The translations under genes and the position numbers were made by a program. DNA of 63,017 bases, the filler included, from Collodictyon triciliatum (taxonomy: Eukaryota), in the NCBI GenBank assembly GCA_043381765.1. It is 10 parts of 10 records of this genome, joined end to end, with 100 filler letters (N's around TTAATTAATTAA, not from the genome) between each part and the next. Parts side by side here need not be neighbours in the genome. Positions count along the whole stretch, not along the records: positions 32,533 to 40,558 come from JBHJMP010003623.1; positions 40,659 to 48,680 come from JBHJMP010003624.1; positions 48,781 to 56,800 come from JBHJMP010003625.1; positions 56,901 to 59,316 come from JBHJMP010003691.1; 6 more parts are not named here. One strand, 5' to 3'. Under the pieces are notes generated by a model that ran no database searches, was not told the DNA's origin, and worked only from the letters and a program-made list of their open reading frames with translations. Of this stretch, positions 38,248 to 57,045 are shown piece by piece. Numbering within the stretch: position 1 is the first letter of the stretch; each line of letters starts with the position of its first letter.

Positions 38248-40392
38248 TCAATTGGAGTGTATGTCCTCCTCAACTTCGGGTTCATAGTTTACAAGATAGG
38301 GATTCGATACCATAACCCCCATCCGGTTTAGAGAGGATGAATGAATTGCCTGGTCATGAACTAGCGATTGAAATCCATTATAATATTTGTGTTTCTGAAA
38401 ACTATGCAGTTTCAATCCAATCTCGCTCATTTCAGAGGCTAGAACCTTTGCAAAATCCGCATCCCGAAGCCGCACCACCGACGACATTAGTGATGTGTAA
38501 ACGGCTTTTCCGTATTTTCTTTTTTGATTTTCCCGAAAAACGGCAAATTGCTTTCTGTAAACTTGCATGGCAACCTCGTCGTGACAGAGTTGGGACAATA
38601 GCTGTATATGAAGCACCACGGTGAGCGCATTTCCAGAGATGTTTTCCTGTTTCATCAAGCTGAATAGTTGAAGACCTATGGCGTGCTGGTCTAGATGGAA
38701 ACAGGTCGATAGGATAGAATTGCATACAGTAACAGGAACAGGAATCGACCTCTCCAAGGAAAGCGCAAGGATTTGAATGGACTCGTTTAAGAGTTTATGC
38801 CGCGACAGACATATAATAAGTGACTCATATACCTTTTCGGACCTGGGCAAGAGGTCATGCTGGGCATAGCTAAATGTTTTGTTTACGACATCCATGATGG
38901 AATCAGGTGCATTCAAAGGTAGCTGCATTTTTTCAAAAATTAGGCAGACTTGATGCGACGTTTCATAGCTTAATCTATCACGGATGCTCAACAAGTATTC
39001 TGGTTTATACGGGACTTGAGAGTTGTGGGCACTCTCTGAATTATTGTAGGATTTATCAATCGAATCCTTGGTAATAGATTTGATGCGGTGATTTGATTTG
39101 ATATCATTCATGGGCGTGAAGGAAATGCATAGCAAAATATGGCTCAAGCAAAATTCCTGGCTGAGCACCTCGCCTATATTCGGACTATTCTTCATATCAT
39201 TCATCAAGGAGAATCCCTGTGCCATCCGGTGTATTAAATGTGAGAATTGACCACTTGATGATAACGCTTTGATAAAGCTTCTGAATATGTCAACAGAATG
39301 CTCTCTGGTAATCTCGTCGTGAATGAAGTCTTGAAGCCCAGCGAGTATGTTGGGGGTTTGGGGGTTTCCAGATGCCTCCAGCAACATACATAGGCCTTGA
39401 ATAGTCAGGAACTGTCTATAATGTTTTGCTATCTCTAGTGCCCCAGCAAACTTCTTTTCTGCACAGAATGCATGAATGAAAATCTCGACCATATTCTTTT
39501 TATTTTCCGACTCTCCTTTTTCATAGTCATGGCCTCTACTCTTGGATAACTGTGATATTCCGCTGCTGTGGTTGCTGGTCCATGCTTCCAAAAACTCTAT
39601 TGCATACCGCCAATCGTCCACCCCAGCACAAACGTGCGCAAGAATCGAAAAAGTGGCATCATCTGGCTTCATCAGAGACGGGAAGCAGGAACGAAAGTAC
39701 TCCAAAGCTCGACGATACTGCCCTGACTGCTTGTATGCGTGCAATAAGGAGTGTGCGATGATTCTGCGCATGTCTTTGTAGGAGGACAGTGCGGTGTTTG
39801 GCTCCGTAACAGTATGTTCTTGAAGCAACTTCCGGGCAAGCAATTCCACCTGGCGATAATGACCCTGCCTTGCATAGAAGTGGAGGAAAGCATAGTAACG
39901 AGGCTGCACGCTTGTCTCGACAGGGCTTTGCATCAGATAGGTAAACAAGGAGTCCGCTTTCTCTGGCATGGCTCGAGTCAACTGCTGGATGGCTGCATCG
40001 TTGTCATCAGTCGCGAGTGAGGAAAGGTCATTTCTGCTTGATGGAAGTGTACGTTCATGAGAGTAGGCAGCGTCATGGGGCGGAGAAGTTGGGACTTCGG
40101 GGCTCTTTTCTGGGCGGCTGTCAAAGATTTGCTGGAGCCGCGGGAATATGGACGAAAGCTCCCCGTAAGTCTTTGGCAAATAGGAAGAGGAAGGGCTGCT
40201 TGAAGGGTTGTTTGGATCTGGCTTGAGGAGTGTCTTTGTGGAGAGGAATCGGGCAGCAGGCGAAAGCGCAACAAAAGTAGGCGGAGTCAACCAAGCCAAG
40301 TTTACAGAAGCTCGTCTTTGGCGTTTGTGGAGCGCAGACACAACACATCCTACTTGACGGCATGCCCGGGGTCCAAACATAGCCCACCCCAT
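38248..40392 (-). CDS. PPR-like helical-repeat protein, intronless, probable mitochondrial presequence
   Basis: ORF of ~714 aa with an R/S/L/A-rich N-terminus and degenerate PPR motifs (HSLLHAYKQSGQYRRALEYF..KPDDATFSILAHVC; VYESLIICLSR; VCNSILSTC..GLQLFSLMKQENI; VYTSLMSS). Confidence 0.8.
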   Translation of the reverse strand: MGWAMFGPRACRQVGCVVSALHKRQRRASVNLAWLTPPTFVALSPAARFLSTKTLLKPDPNNPSSSPSSSYLPKTYGELSSIFPRLQQIFDSRPEKSPEVPTSPPHDAAYSHERTLPSSRNDLSSLATDDNDAAIQQLTRAMPEKADSLFTYLMQSPVETSVQPRYYAFLHFYARQGHYRQVELLARKLLQEHTVTEPNTALSSYKDMRRIIAHSLLHAYKQSGQYRRALEYFRSCFPSLMKPDDATFSILAHVCAGVDDWRYAIEFLEAWTSNHSSGISQLSKSRGHDYEKGESENKKNMVEIFIHAFCAEKKFAGALEIAKHYRQFLTIQGLCMLLEASGNPQTPNILAGLQDFIHDEITREHSVDIFRSFIKALSSSGQFSHLIHRMAQGFSLMNDMKNSPNIGEVLSQEFCLSHILLCISFTPMNDIKSNHRIKSITKDSIDKSYNNSESAHNSQVPYKPEYLLSIRDRLSYETSHQVCLIFEKMQLPLNAPDSIMDVVNKTFSYAQHDLLPRSEKVYESLIICLSRHKLLNESIQILALSLERSIPVPVTVCNSILSTCFHLDQHAIGLQLFSLMKQENISGNALTVVLHIQLLSQLCHDEVAMQVYRKQFAVFRENQKRKYGKAVYTSLMSSVVRLRDADFAKVLASEMSEIGLKLHSFQKHKYYNGFQSLVHDQAIHSSSLNRMGVMVSNPYLVNYEPEVEEDIHSN

Positions 40393-40517
40393 CGACACAG
40401 CCTTGTTTGATAGGCAAGGAAGGTTATTTTTTTATTTTTTTGGTTTATGTTTGGTTTATGTTTTTTTTGTTTTTTGTTTTTTGTTTTTTGTTTTTTGTTT
40501 TTTGTTTTTTGTTTTTT

Positions 40518-40558
<41 letters not shown>

Positions 40559-40658
40559 NNNNNNNNNNNNNNNNNNNNNNNNNNNNNNNNNNNNNNNNNN
40601 NNTTAATTAATTAANNNNNNNNNNNNNNNNNNNNNNNNNNNNNNNNNNNNNNNNNNNN

Positions 40659-40753
<95 letters not shown>

Positions 40754-40936
40754 TTTTCTCTTCTTTTCTTTTCTTTTTCTTTTCTTTTTCTTTTTCTTTT
40801 CTTTTTCTTTTCTTTTTCTTTTTCTTTTCTTTTTCTTTTTCTTTTCTTTTTCTTTTCTTTTTCTTTTTCTTTTTCTCGCATCTCCAGCCTACGAAACACA
40901 CCCAGCCAGCTGATTTGGATCAACTTTCAGGCGTTG

Positions 40937-42672
40937 ATGAGCCAGCCCGAAAGCATAGATGACTCCGTGCAATTGTCCAACGTCATTACACAAGTCTCGC
41001 GTGATCCTCCCACCAGTGCCACAACCCCGCTGATTCCCCCTTATCCGCCCTACCAGACAACAAGAAAAGGTGTATTGCACTTTGGACATTGTTTGATGAA
41101 CCGACTTAGTGTAGCACATTATTTCTTTCCATGCAGTGACTCTAATTATGAAGGAATATAAGGAGATAAAATAAAGAACTGATAAAGCATAGCATTTTTA
41201 TAACGATATATAATTCAGAGGAAAAGAGAAAGAAAGGATGGTGCTTCAAGTTTTTATGCTGTTTTTGCTCTGAGGAAAACTCTGTTAATCAAGACGTAAA
41301 CAGACATGCAGCGCATGGATATGGTGCAGTTAGCCATGTGGTTTGTAACTTTTCAATAAATAATCCTAAAAATGGTTTTACATTGCAGTATCTTTTCTTT
41401 ATACTTTAAACTCCATAATTATTCGGTAGTACACATATTTTTATGTTTTTAATCGAATAACCAACAGGCTTCCAACGAACCTTTACTCCCACCGTACCCT
41501 GAAGAAGCTTCTCCCAAAAAAACCATTGTCCTGGACTTGGATGAAACACTCATTCACGCCTCCTTCAAGGTTACTCTGCGAATCCTTTCTTAAGATATGA
41601 CTCAATTATAATCAAACTCGTGATAATAATAATAATAAAAAAGAATAATAAATCCACACGAAAACACATTCAGTACAGATTTTACTTTTATAATTATTGA
41701 AGTGGGTATTTGTTTGAGACCACCATTGCATTTAATGCAAATATTACTTTTCAAAAAAATATTCAGCCAATCACCGCCTATGACTTCATCGTTGATATTG
41801 AGATTGAAGGAACCCACCACAGAGTTTACGTATCAAAAAGGCCACACGTCGATGAATTCCTAAGGGAAGTTGGAAGGCTTTTTGAAGTTGTTATTTTTAC
41901 TGCATCTCTTTCAAAGGTTCATGATTCAAATAATAGCTAAATAATTCATGTTCTATTGTATTAACGAGGCAGTGTCTTTGAATCGAATAAAGGGAAAAAA
42001 ACGAGGCAATGTAATGCTGTTTGTCACTATTTCAAATTATTTTCAGTATGCTGGCCCGGTGATTGATAATTTGGACCCTGGGCGAATTGTAAATCACAGG
42101 CTTTTTCGAGATGGGTGCACTTACCATATGGGCAATTTTGTCAAGGTATTAACATAAAATAAAATAAATAAACTATGAACATGTTGATATTGAGTGAAAA
42201 GGAATACCCTTTCAAAATGACAAAAGGTCAGATATCGAGAATCCAAAAAAAAAAAAGCAAGATTTTATGTAATTATTGTAAAAATTTACATTGTAAATCG
42301 TTTATAACGATCAAAATTCTGCGATTAAATAACATATAGCTATAAGATTATAATTCATTATTAAATTAACACAAATATAATAAAAGGATATGTCGCGTAT
42401 GGGCAGAAACATCAAGGATGTCTTTATTATTGACAATTCCCCCGTGGCGTACTTTTTCCAGCCCCAAAACGCGATTGGAATTTTAAGCTGGTTCGATAAT
42501 CCTGAAGACCAAGAGTTAATTAAGCTTCTCCCTCTACTTCAGTCACTCGCAGAAGTATTTGTCTATTTGCTTTAATTTTATGACCTTCATGAGATACTTA
42601 CATATGGAACGTTAGGTAGAAGATGTTAGAACAGTTCTGCAGCCGATGAGTGCAATCCCCAACACATCCTGA
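40937..42672 (+). CDS. CTD small phosphatase (CTDSP/SCP/PSR1 family, HAD), multi-exon
   Basis: [10 protein letters not shown]-terminus, LCCF motif, [47 protein letters not shown] and IIDNSP. Confidence 0.95.
41976..41999 (+). mobile_element. 24-nt family A micro-insertion in a CTDSP intron
   Basis: CTTTGAATCGAATAAAGGGAAAAA between AACGAGGCAGTGT (41963-41975) and AACGAGGCAATGT (42000-42012). Confidence 0.85.
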
Positions 42673-43477
42673 TTTCTTTTATGCTGACACTTTCAACCAG
42701 CAAAGAGAAAAGTGTTTTTTTCTTTTCTTTTCCTGCAATAGACCACGAATGAGCATGCTATAAAAATTCGTGCGATTGTCCTGCCTCTCCGCTCTCCTCT
42801 TCGTCCACACACTTTTTTCTTTTTCTTTTTCTTTTCTTTATAATTTTTTTTTCGAAACTGTCCCTCTTTTTATGTGTGCCTTTCATTCCATTCCTCTTTT
42901 CCTCTGCAGAACTAACCAAAAGAAAAGAGGAAAGAAAGAAAGAAAGAAATGATAATACACCACTTTTCAAGGAATAAACATATGCTGTATCTAGAATTGT
43001 GTCTCTTCCGCTTCCATTACTTTCCATTCTATTGACAAACCAAATCATTGTAAATCTGCAATTTCTCCATTCCAGTTGTTGGGTGTTCACACATATATAT
43101 GTTCAAAGATATCTCTTTTTCATCATCTCCCTCCTTTGTCTCCTACCTACATTTTTTTTTCTCTTCCTTTACGACAAGACTAATTCTGTGTCTTTTGCTT
43201 GCACAAGAGGCTATGTTTTCAGTCGCAGCTTTTGTCGCCTGTCACTCTTCCGCGTCGTTCACCTTTTTTAGGCTTCGGTTTCCCATCTAAAACTCTGCCG
43301 TTTACAAACTATTCATATGTGCGAGTCGTGTAAGTCAATCTATGCTAAACAAGTCCAGCCAGATCAGAGAACTGTGCTGTAAAAGCCGAAGCGGGATTTG
43401 GGACGATCTAAACAACGCACAACACAACCCAGGCAGGAAGACAAGAAGCGGAAAGGAAAGGAGCCGGAACAAAGCAG

Positions 43478-43549
43478 ATGGAAAGTCCAATGAAAGGAAT
43501 GGGTCTCTATGAGATCGGGCCTATTCTAGGGAGCGGCGAGTTTTCCAGG
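43478..43549 (+). CDS. First exon of a Ser/Thr protein kinase; remainder not visible
   Basis: MESPMKGMGLYEIGPILGSGEFSR followed by a GTGAG donor; kinase subdomain I. Confidence 0.6.
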
Positions 43550-44330
43550 GTGAGCCATTCCTTCACGCCTCTTCTTTGTGTTTGTATATCCCTCGACTCC
43601 TTCGAAGAAACTCACGAAAATAAACAAAAGAGAAATGTGTATGTTGTTGTCGTAATATAGCTGATCGACGGAAAAGTTGAGCAATAGTTCCAAAGTTTTC
43701 CATTAGGAAGCTTTGCCCTTGGGCGCAATAGCCTTTTCTTTTTCTTTTTTTCTTTTNNNNNNNNNNNNNNNNNNNNNNNNNNNNNNNNNNNNNNNNNNNN
43801 NNNNNNNNNNNNNNNNNNNNNNNNNNNNNNNNNNNNNNNNNNNNNNNNNNNNNNNNNNNNNNNNNNNNNNNNNNNNNNNNNNNNNNNNNNNNNNNNNNNN
43901 NNNNNNNNNNNNNNNNNNNNNNNNNNNNNNNNNNNNNNNNNNNNNNNNNNNNNNNNNNNNNNNNNNNNNNNNNNNNNNNNNNNNNNNNNNNNNNNNNNNN
44001 NNNNNNNNNNNNNNNNNNNNNNNNNNNNNNNNNNNNNNNNNNNNNNNNNNNNNNNNNNNNNNNNNNNNNNNNNNNNNNNNNNNNNNNNNNNNNNNNNNNN
44101 NNNNNNNNNNNNNNNNNNNNNNNNNNNNNNNNNNNNNNNNNNNNNNNNNNNNNNNNNNNNNNNNNNNNNNNNNNNNNNNNNNNNNNNNNNNNNNNNNNNN
44201 NNNNNNNNNNNNNNNNNNNNNNNNNNNNNNNNNNNNNNNNNNNNNNNNNNNNNNNNNNNNNNNNNNNNNNNNNNNNNNNNNNNNNNNNNNNNNNNNNNNN
44301 NNNNNNNNNNNNNNNNNNNNNNNNNNNNNN

Positions 44331-47442
<3,112 letters not shown>

Positions 47443-48291
47443 ACAAATATCCCCTTCTTGCAGAGGCAGTTTGTAATGTATTGCCTTCGGTATGAAATTA
47501 TGAGCAATATATGAATATTGATATGTATATATTATATTGTTTATTTGATTTATGTGTTTGATATTTTATTCATTTTTTATTCATTTTTTATTCATTTTTT
47601 ATTCATTTTTTTATTCATTTTTTATTCATTTTTTATTCATTNNNNNNNNNNNNNNNNTTCATTTTTTATTCATTTTTNNNNNNNNNNNNNNNNNTTTTTT
47701 TATTCATTTTTTTATTCATTTTTTTATTCATTTTTTTTTTTTATTCATTTTTTTATTCATTTTAATGATGGCTTTATTTGTGGTACACATGGCCAGCAAA
47801 ATCGGAACGTCTCCACCCTTTCCAGTTATGGATAATCTAGTGTGGAATTAATGTCGTCACTCTTTTGCGTCATTTACGAGCGATGATGCATTGTAGGCTT
47901 TTTCCTTTATATAGAAATAAATTTTATTAAAATTTGAAATGCCATTATTGTATCATTATCTTTCCTTACACTGCAACTCACTTTCTGCCGCCGGGCGAAA
48001 AGACACAAGCGCGGTGTGACTTTGCGACTTTAAGACAGTAGATGCGGCCAGTCGCAAGGAACAATAAACTCTGCTTCCTCCAAATTACACAGCACTCATC
48101 AACTTCATAGGGCGACACAAGTTTGTCTGTGCTTGACATTAAATAGAAGCAGGAGTAGAGAAAGAAATCTGCGCAAAATATAGAAAAGAAATAATAATAG
48201 TTGTAATAAAAAAAAAAGGTACCTGTTTTGCAAGTGTCCAGCCTGCTTGCTTACATTTTGGTTGTTGGCCGACAGAAATAATTGCAACAGA

Positions 48292-48480
48292 ATGGCGGCC
48301 CAAAACGCCGAGCGACGTCTGCAAAGGCTTCTGTTCCAAATGAGCCCGGAAGCATCAGCTCGTGTGGGTCTTATTTCCTGCTCAGCCTCTGAATCACCGC
48401 TGCAGTCCGAGCGGAGCAGCCCATCCTTTCCGGTTCGCGAAATGACGTATTTCTTGGATGGCGGCCAGGAAGTAACTGAG
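48292..48480 (+). CDS. Acyl-CoA oxidase, first exon (cut by scaffold end)
   Basis: LQSERSSPSFPVREMTYFLDGG is the ACOX N-terminal motif; a GT donor follows. Confidence 0.75.
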
Positions 48481-48993
48481 GTTTGTGTTACTGTTTCTCT
48501 ATTTTTTATCTCATTTTAAGGGGATCAGCTCCTGCGTCTCTTGTTTCTCTTTGTTTCTCTTTGTTTCTCTTGTTTCTCTTGTTTCTCTTGTTTCTCTTGT
48601 TTCTCTTGTTTCTCTTGTTTCTCTTGTTTCTCTTGTTTCTCTTGTTTCTCTTGTTTCTCTTGTTTCTCTTGTTTCTCTTGNNNNNNNNNNNNNNNNNNNN
48701 NNNNNNNNNNNNNNNNNNNNNNNNTTAATTAATTAANNNNNNNNNNNNNNNNNNNNNNNNNNNNNNNNNNNNNNNNNNNNTTTCTTGTTCTTTTTCTTTT
48801 TCTTTTTCTTTTTCTTTTTCTTTTTCTTTTTCTTTTTCTTTTTCTTTTTCTTTTTCTTTTTCTTTTTCTTTTTTTCTTTTTTTCCTCTCCTCTCCTCTCC
48901 TCCTTTATCATCGATTTATATATCACAACTCATAAATTGATCTTAGTAAACTTTAAGTGTAAAAAATATCATCTAACAAAGTCAAAAAAATAG

Positions 48994-50132
48994 CAAATAT
49001 ATTAGAACAACAGAATCTGGACCTTACTGTTGTCCATCACTGTGTTTATATATACACCAATTTGAATGCGATCGACGAGTTTCGTGTGCTGTACCGTGAT
49101 AACAGAAAAGTACAGACATTTTCGATATTCATCAGAGTTGTTTATTTTAGTCGGTACTACAGTAATTATCTTTCTTAAAATAACAATTAAATATGGAATT
49201 CTTAACTTGAACCATACTATTTAGTGTATTTTATTATTGTCTTATTATTTGCTAATTTACTAATTTGTAATCAAAGTCGCAAGCCCAAATTATTATGCAA
49301 CCGATGAATATGAACACATTCATGGCCAATTACCAGACATATCTCGAAACTATACTTGGATTTTTTGTTATTGAAGATGAGATCTTGAAATCCACCGAAG
49401 GATTGATGTCATATATCATGGTTTGCGCATTCTTGGACAGCTGAATAAATTAGAAAAAACCTGGAACCTTAATCATTTGTCATTTTAAATTTTTATAGGC
49501 AGACTCAATATGGGAGACATTTAATTCTCGACTGATTGCAATACTCAGAGAAAGCTTGCCAAATTGCCAAAAGCATGACGTTCTATTGCATATGAAAACT
49601 TCTGTTTTTGCTTTCTGTCGTGCAATGCTTAACTATGGGTACAAAGTGCGCACTATTGTTGACATTTTGGATGCAAGCCAAGACAAGTATGGAGATATGA
49701 TAGCGACTGAACTCCAACGAGATATTGCAAAGGTTTTGTTTATTCTTTGTTTGTCCTTTTTTTTTTCTTCATTGTACTGACCGCATTTTCATAAAAAAAA
49801 AGTTTATCTTAACACCTCGGTCTTTATTATATTATATTATATTATATTATATTATATTATATTATATTATATTATATTATATTATATTCACAGAGGTGAG
49901 AGAATCGACAAGAGTAAAATAAAAAAAATTGAAATGTTCAAACACTGCATTACTTTAGATTTTCCTGGAAGATAAATTTGAGGCTTTTACTGTAAATTCA
50001 TCAAAAGAATATGACAAATTGATAGGCTCGTTCAACTTGGATGCCGACGAAGGAGCTCCAAAGTAGTAATCTTGAAAATTGCCTTGCTTCAATTTTTCAC
50101 TTGTTCACAGTATCTAGTTTAACTGATATTTT

Positions 50133-50193
<61 letters not shown>

Positions 50194-52803
50194 ACTCTAA
50201 CTCTAACTCTAACTCTAACTCTAACTCTAACTCTAACTCTAACTCTAACTCTGGTTAACTAATTTTTATCTTGTAACTCATCTCTTTCTAGATTCCCAAA
50301 AACATTCCCATTTTCTCGCATGGTTCCATTCATATGCGTTGTTATCCAAACGTATGTAAAGGACACTTTGCGGTATACTAGTCAAGAGACCGATCTCGGA
50401 GAAGCTGTTCGCAAGGTATAAATGTGTTGTGTCCGTTCATTCCTCTTCCTTCGTTACACTGGAAGAAAGAAATTTACTTAAGCTATGCAAGTGAAGGAAT
50501 AATTTTAGTAAACTTTTCTGCCATATTGTCCAATTAAGGTCCAATCTTTTCACTATATACTCTGAATAGGCCACCGACAGGTTCATAACAAACTACGTAT
50601 GCAAAGGATTGGCAGATATAATTGCAAAAGATTATCGACAGCAGCAATTATCACAGGTTCATTTGTTTTCCTTTCGATTCTTTTTATTCTTCCTTTCTAT
50701 TTTTTTGTTATTTCTAATTATTATTTCAGTCGTTTTGATTATCACGGTTTTGTATATTCATAATGCATTTATATGATCACTGGTAGTAAAAGAATATCTT
50801 CATACCACATTACCAACTTTATCATCATCGATACGCTCTAATTTAAAGCTATTTTCATGGTATACACAGATCGCACAGATATACCTAAACTGCCAGATTT
50901 TTGGAGACAGAGTTTGTGCCTTTTATGAGGAGACACACCTGAGTGATCGGTGGGAAACCCCTTAATATCAGCTTGAATATTACAAGTGATATTACCGCCC
51001 TTATGTCTTGTGGCGGACATTCAAAAAGAATTTTATGAAATACATCCTTTTTTTTTTTTATTAAAACTTACTTTTTTTATGACACTTCCTCTTCTATAAA
51101 CCCCCTTCCTTCTCCTTAAAACAAGCCATTCGACCATACAAAGCCGCCTGAATAACTCCCGCCGAAGTTTCCGTGAAACTCAGTTTAAAGCTGAGCAGGT
51201 AGCAGATACGTCATTTTGTTGGCTTGAATAGAAATCATAACGTTTTTGATTAAGGAGGAAATATGTCGAATTTAATAAATGTTTTATGTGGTTATGGCCC
51301 TCTTTTTCTCTTTCTCTTTCTCTTTCTCTTTCTCTTTCTCTTTCTCTTTCTCTTTCTCTTTCTCTTTCTCTTTCTCTTTCTCTTTCTCTTTCTCTTTCTC
51401 TTTCTCTTCCTTTTCCTCTTCCTTTTCCTCTTCCTTTTCCTCTTCTTCCTCTTCCTCTTATCCATCGCCATGTTAAAATTGTATGGTTTATGGAAAGGCT
51501 ATTGTGTACTGTGTTCAGAAAAAAGCAGACGAGTTTTTTATTCTGGGCGAAGAAATCGAATGGTAGATTTCATATGTGTAATCCAATATTTGCCTATTAA
51601 TTTTCTCCTTTGTGATTCTATCCCTGTCACAATTATAACACGGTCATTATTTCCCCTTCCAAATTCTGATTACCCACAGGGATCCCGTTTCTGTTTCTGC
51701 AACCGCTCATGACTTCTTGGACGGTTTTGTGCTATTTCTTTTCTCTTCATTTTAATAAGATATACAGCGTATACATAATCGTTTATGTATATTAGTGGGA
51801 TTTATAGACCATAAAAGTTATTTAATATCTATTTCTAGACCTCTGCAACTATGTGACAACTGCATTCATTAGTCTTTCTTTCTTTGATTTAACCGTCCAA
51901 GAAGCAATATGCGTACACATATTCAAGCACCTACAGTCATCTTTGTTGGTGCGGGTTCTTGAACATTTGAACTTATGACTCTTTTCCAATTTAACTTTCA
52001 GCCTTTATCCTATATGGGATATTCTGCTCCATCCAAATTAACTCTGATTTATTTATATTATTTTTTATTTTCGCTCTTTCTGCTATTCGGGAGTAGAAAA
52101 TATTCCTAAGTCCAAATGTTCGAGCATACACTTTACAAGGAGTCCACAATTTTCTTGAAGACGTTTCTACACTAGAACAGTTGGCAGTGCGACTGTCCTT
52201 TCCGTCATTGAGAGACTCCTTTACCGAAGCAAGACAGGTTTTTCTCTTTTCCTCTCTCCTGCTCCCATTCTTCTTTGTCCTCCTATCCCTTCTTTTTATT
52301 ACGCATTTAATTACTTTTTATTTTTTTGTTCAATTATCATCGATAGAAAAAAGAAATTATTATATCAAAAAAAAAGTCATCGTCTCTTATACCTCAACTA
52401 GACGTATTACAACCTCCATCCACTTGTATCAGAAATTTGTGTCGAATTATATATATTCACTGGCATAATGCCTTAAAATATGTGTTCTTTTTTCTTTCCA
52501 ATTTGCACTATACGAGCTGTTTTCGGCTGTCTTAGATTCTAATTATTGTTTTGTTAATGATATAGTATGGAACCCTGCTCCTTTTTCCTGGAGATGTTCT
52601 GTCCGAATTCCACTCAAACTCGTCAAAGTATCCAAAAGTTGAGTACAACTACCTTAACTCGGTAGTGTCACGGTACAGTCATAATTTTGATAAGTTTGTT
52701 ATTGTACTTAATTGGCAACTGAAGTTTTTGTGCGCTTATTTCTGCCAAACTTCGGATAATTAGGTGCACATTGGACTTAAGTTCTCTATTGCAAAGGAAC
52801 TAA
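48994..52803 (+). CDS. EXOC6: Exocyst component Sec15/EXOC6, 3' part, many exons
   Basis: [62 protein letters not shown] and SFTEARQ match Sec15 in order. Confidence 0.88.
50191..50252 (+). repeat. (CTAACT)n intronic hexamer repeat after (CT)n
   Basis: About 10 tandem copies, visible directly. Confidence 0.95.
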
Positions 52804-53207
52804 ATAANNNNNNNNNNNNNNNNNNNNNNNNNNNNNNNNNNNNNNNNNNNNNNNNNNNNNNNNNNNNNNNNNNNNNNNNNNNNNNNNNNNNNNNNNNNNN
52901 NNNNNNNNNNNNNNNNNNNNNNNNNNNNNNNNNNNNNNNNNNNNNNNNNNNNNNNNNNNNNNNNNNNNNNNNNNNNNNNNNNNNNNNNNNNNNNNNNNNN
53001 NNNNNNNNNNNNNNNNNNNNNNNNNNNNNNNNNNNNNNGTTTTCATTAACTGCTCCGGTTGGTTACACTACTGATGGATATAAAGCAGATGAAATTATAT
53101 ATTTTTATTTACGTCTTCTCCTATAGCGAGGCCAACCTTACCATAATTAGCTGACTTAGTTTTATGATATTTCTTTGTTTTCTCAAAAAACTTTGCTTCT
53201 CGAATAG

Positions 53208-55667
<2,460 letters not shown>

Positions 55668-56272
55668 CAAATAAATATGTGATGGTTGGATAAATGGGTT
55701 TTTCTTAAGTTTCTTGACCAGCGGGCTATTTTCCCTCTATTTAAGATTTGTCTCAGAGTAAATTTAATATTGCGAGAGAAAAAAACCTTCTATAGTGTGT
55801 TTTTGTCTTCACCAAGCATTTCTGGACGGTAAAAGCCTATCCAGACTTGCGTGTGTATCGATATCTTATTCTCGCGCTATTTCTCATGTATATACAATTT
55901 CATCTAAACTTCATTTCATGTTTTTCCTTCTTTACGCTATCAGACTTGTATTGGATTTTGTTTAAACAAAATAATACCAAGACTACAGAAAGATTTATAA
56001 AAGAAGAAAAACAAAAGGTTTACGAAATGGTATTTGGAATATCTGCCAATCCCTAGCCAAAACCTTCCTGAACCGTATCGAACAGGCATCAACACCCATA
56101 AGCATGATGACCATATCCATTCAATCTTGTAGTTATTTGTACCATAAAAAATAAAAAAAGGATTTGTTTGAGAGAAAAAAAATCTGCAAGGTTACGACGG
56201 CTTTGGTTACATTACCACAAATACAACCACGACACAAACCATCCGCATTTTCGTTTTCATTTCGTTTTATTC

Positions 56273-56306
<34 letters not shown>

Positions 56307-56426
56307 ATGATTAATTGCGGTGGATTTGGTAAATGAAAGAACCAAACTACTCTCAGCAAACACGAACGCTCTTTCAAGATTTATTTCTTGGAATTTGTTG
56401 GGCCGTGGAAAAGTACGACTCTGTAG

Positions 56427-56800
56427 TTACAAAACACAGCCGCAGCCACTGTGATGGCTGCCTTGACTGGCGTTCAGAGTCGCTTGTGGTTGCACCGGCT
56501 GCTCAACAAGACTTGGAGTCTCCAGGATTTTGGTGACAAGCTCCTCAAAGGTCTAAGTCATTCCGGATGAGTGAATGGATGGGCGCATATTTACACTCCC
56601 TCAAAAGAAGAGCATTCGTCCATAAAACACCACTATATGCCGAGATGATGGGGTCTCTGACGCAGCATTGTGCGATAATAATAATAATAATAATAATAAA
56701 TAATCACCACCATCTGTGCAGTGATTGTTATACCTGTTGGACCCCGACTCGAGTTTTTGCACTGCATTCCATGAAAAGCATGTTTTGTCCTCTGGCGAAG
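56427..56800 (-). CDS. RAB18: Rab GTPase, Rab18-like, last two exons
   Basis: FARGQNMLFMECSAKTRVGVQQ|TFEELVTKILETPSL...SGCGCVL*: G5 motif, the Rab18-type FEELVxKIxxTP and a prenylation tail. Confidence 0.85.
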
Positions 56801-57045
56801 NNNNNNNNNNNNNNNNNNNNNNNNNNNNNNNNNNNNNNNNNNNNTTAATTAATTAANNNNNNNNNNNNNNNNNNNNNNNNNNNNNNNNNNNNNNNNNNNN
56901 AAAAAGTGTAGGGACCTTAGTGTTTGGTACAATTTGAGTAGTAATATTCGAAAATGGTGTTTTTTGCCCCCCCCCCCCCCCTTAAATGATAACCATATCA
57001 CAACCCCTCTGTGCTCTTATAGACAGATTTAGAGTCTTCTGTTAC

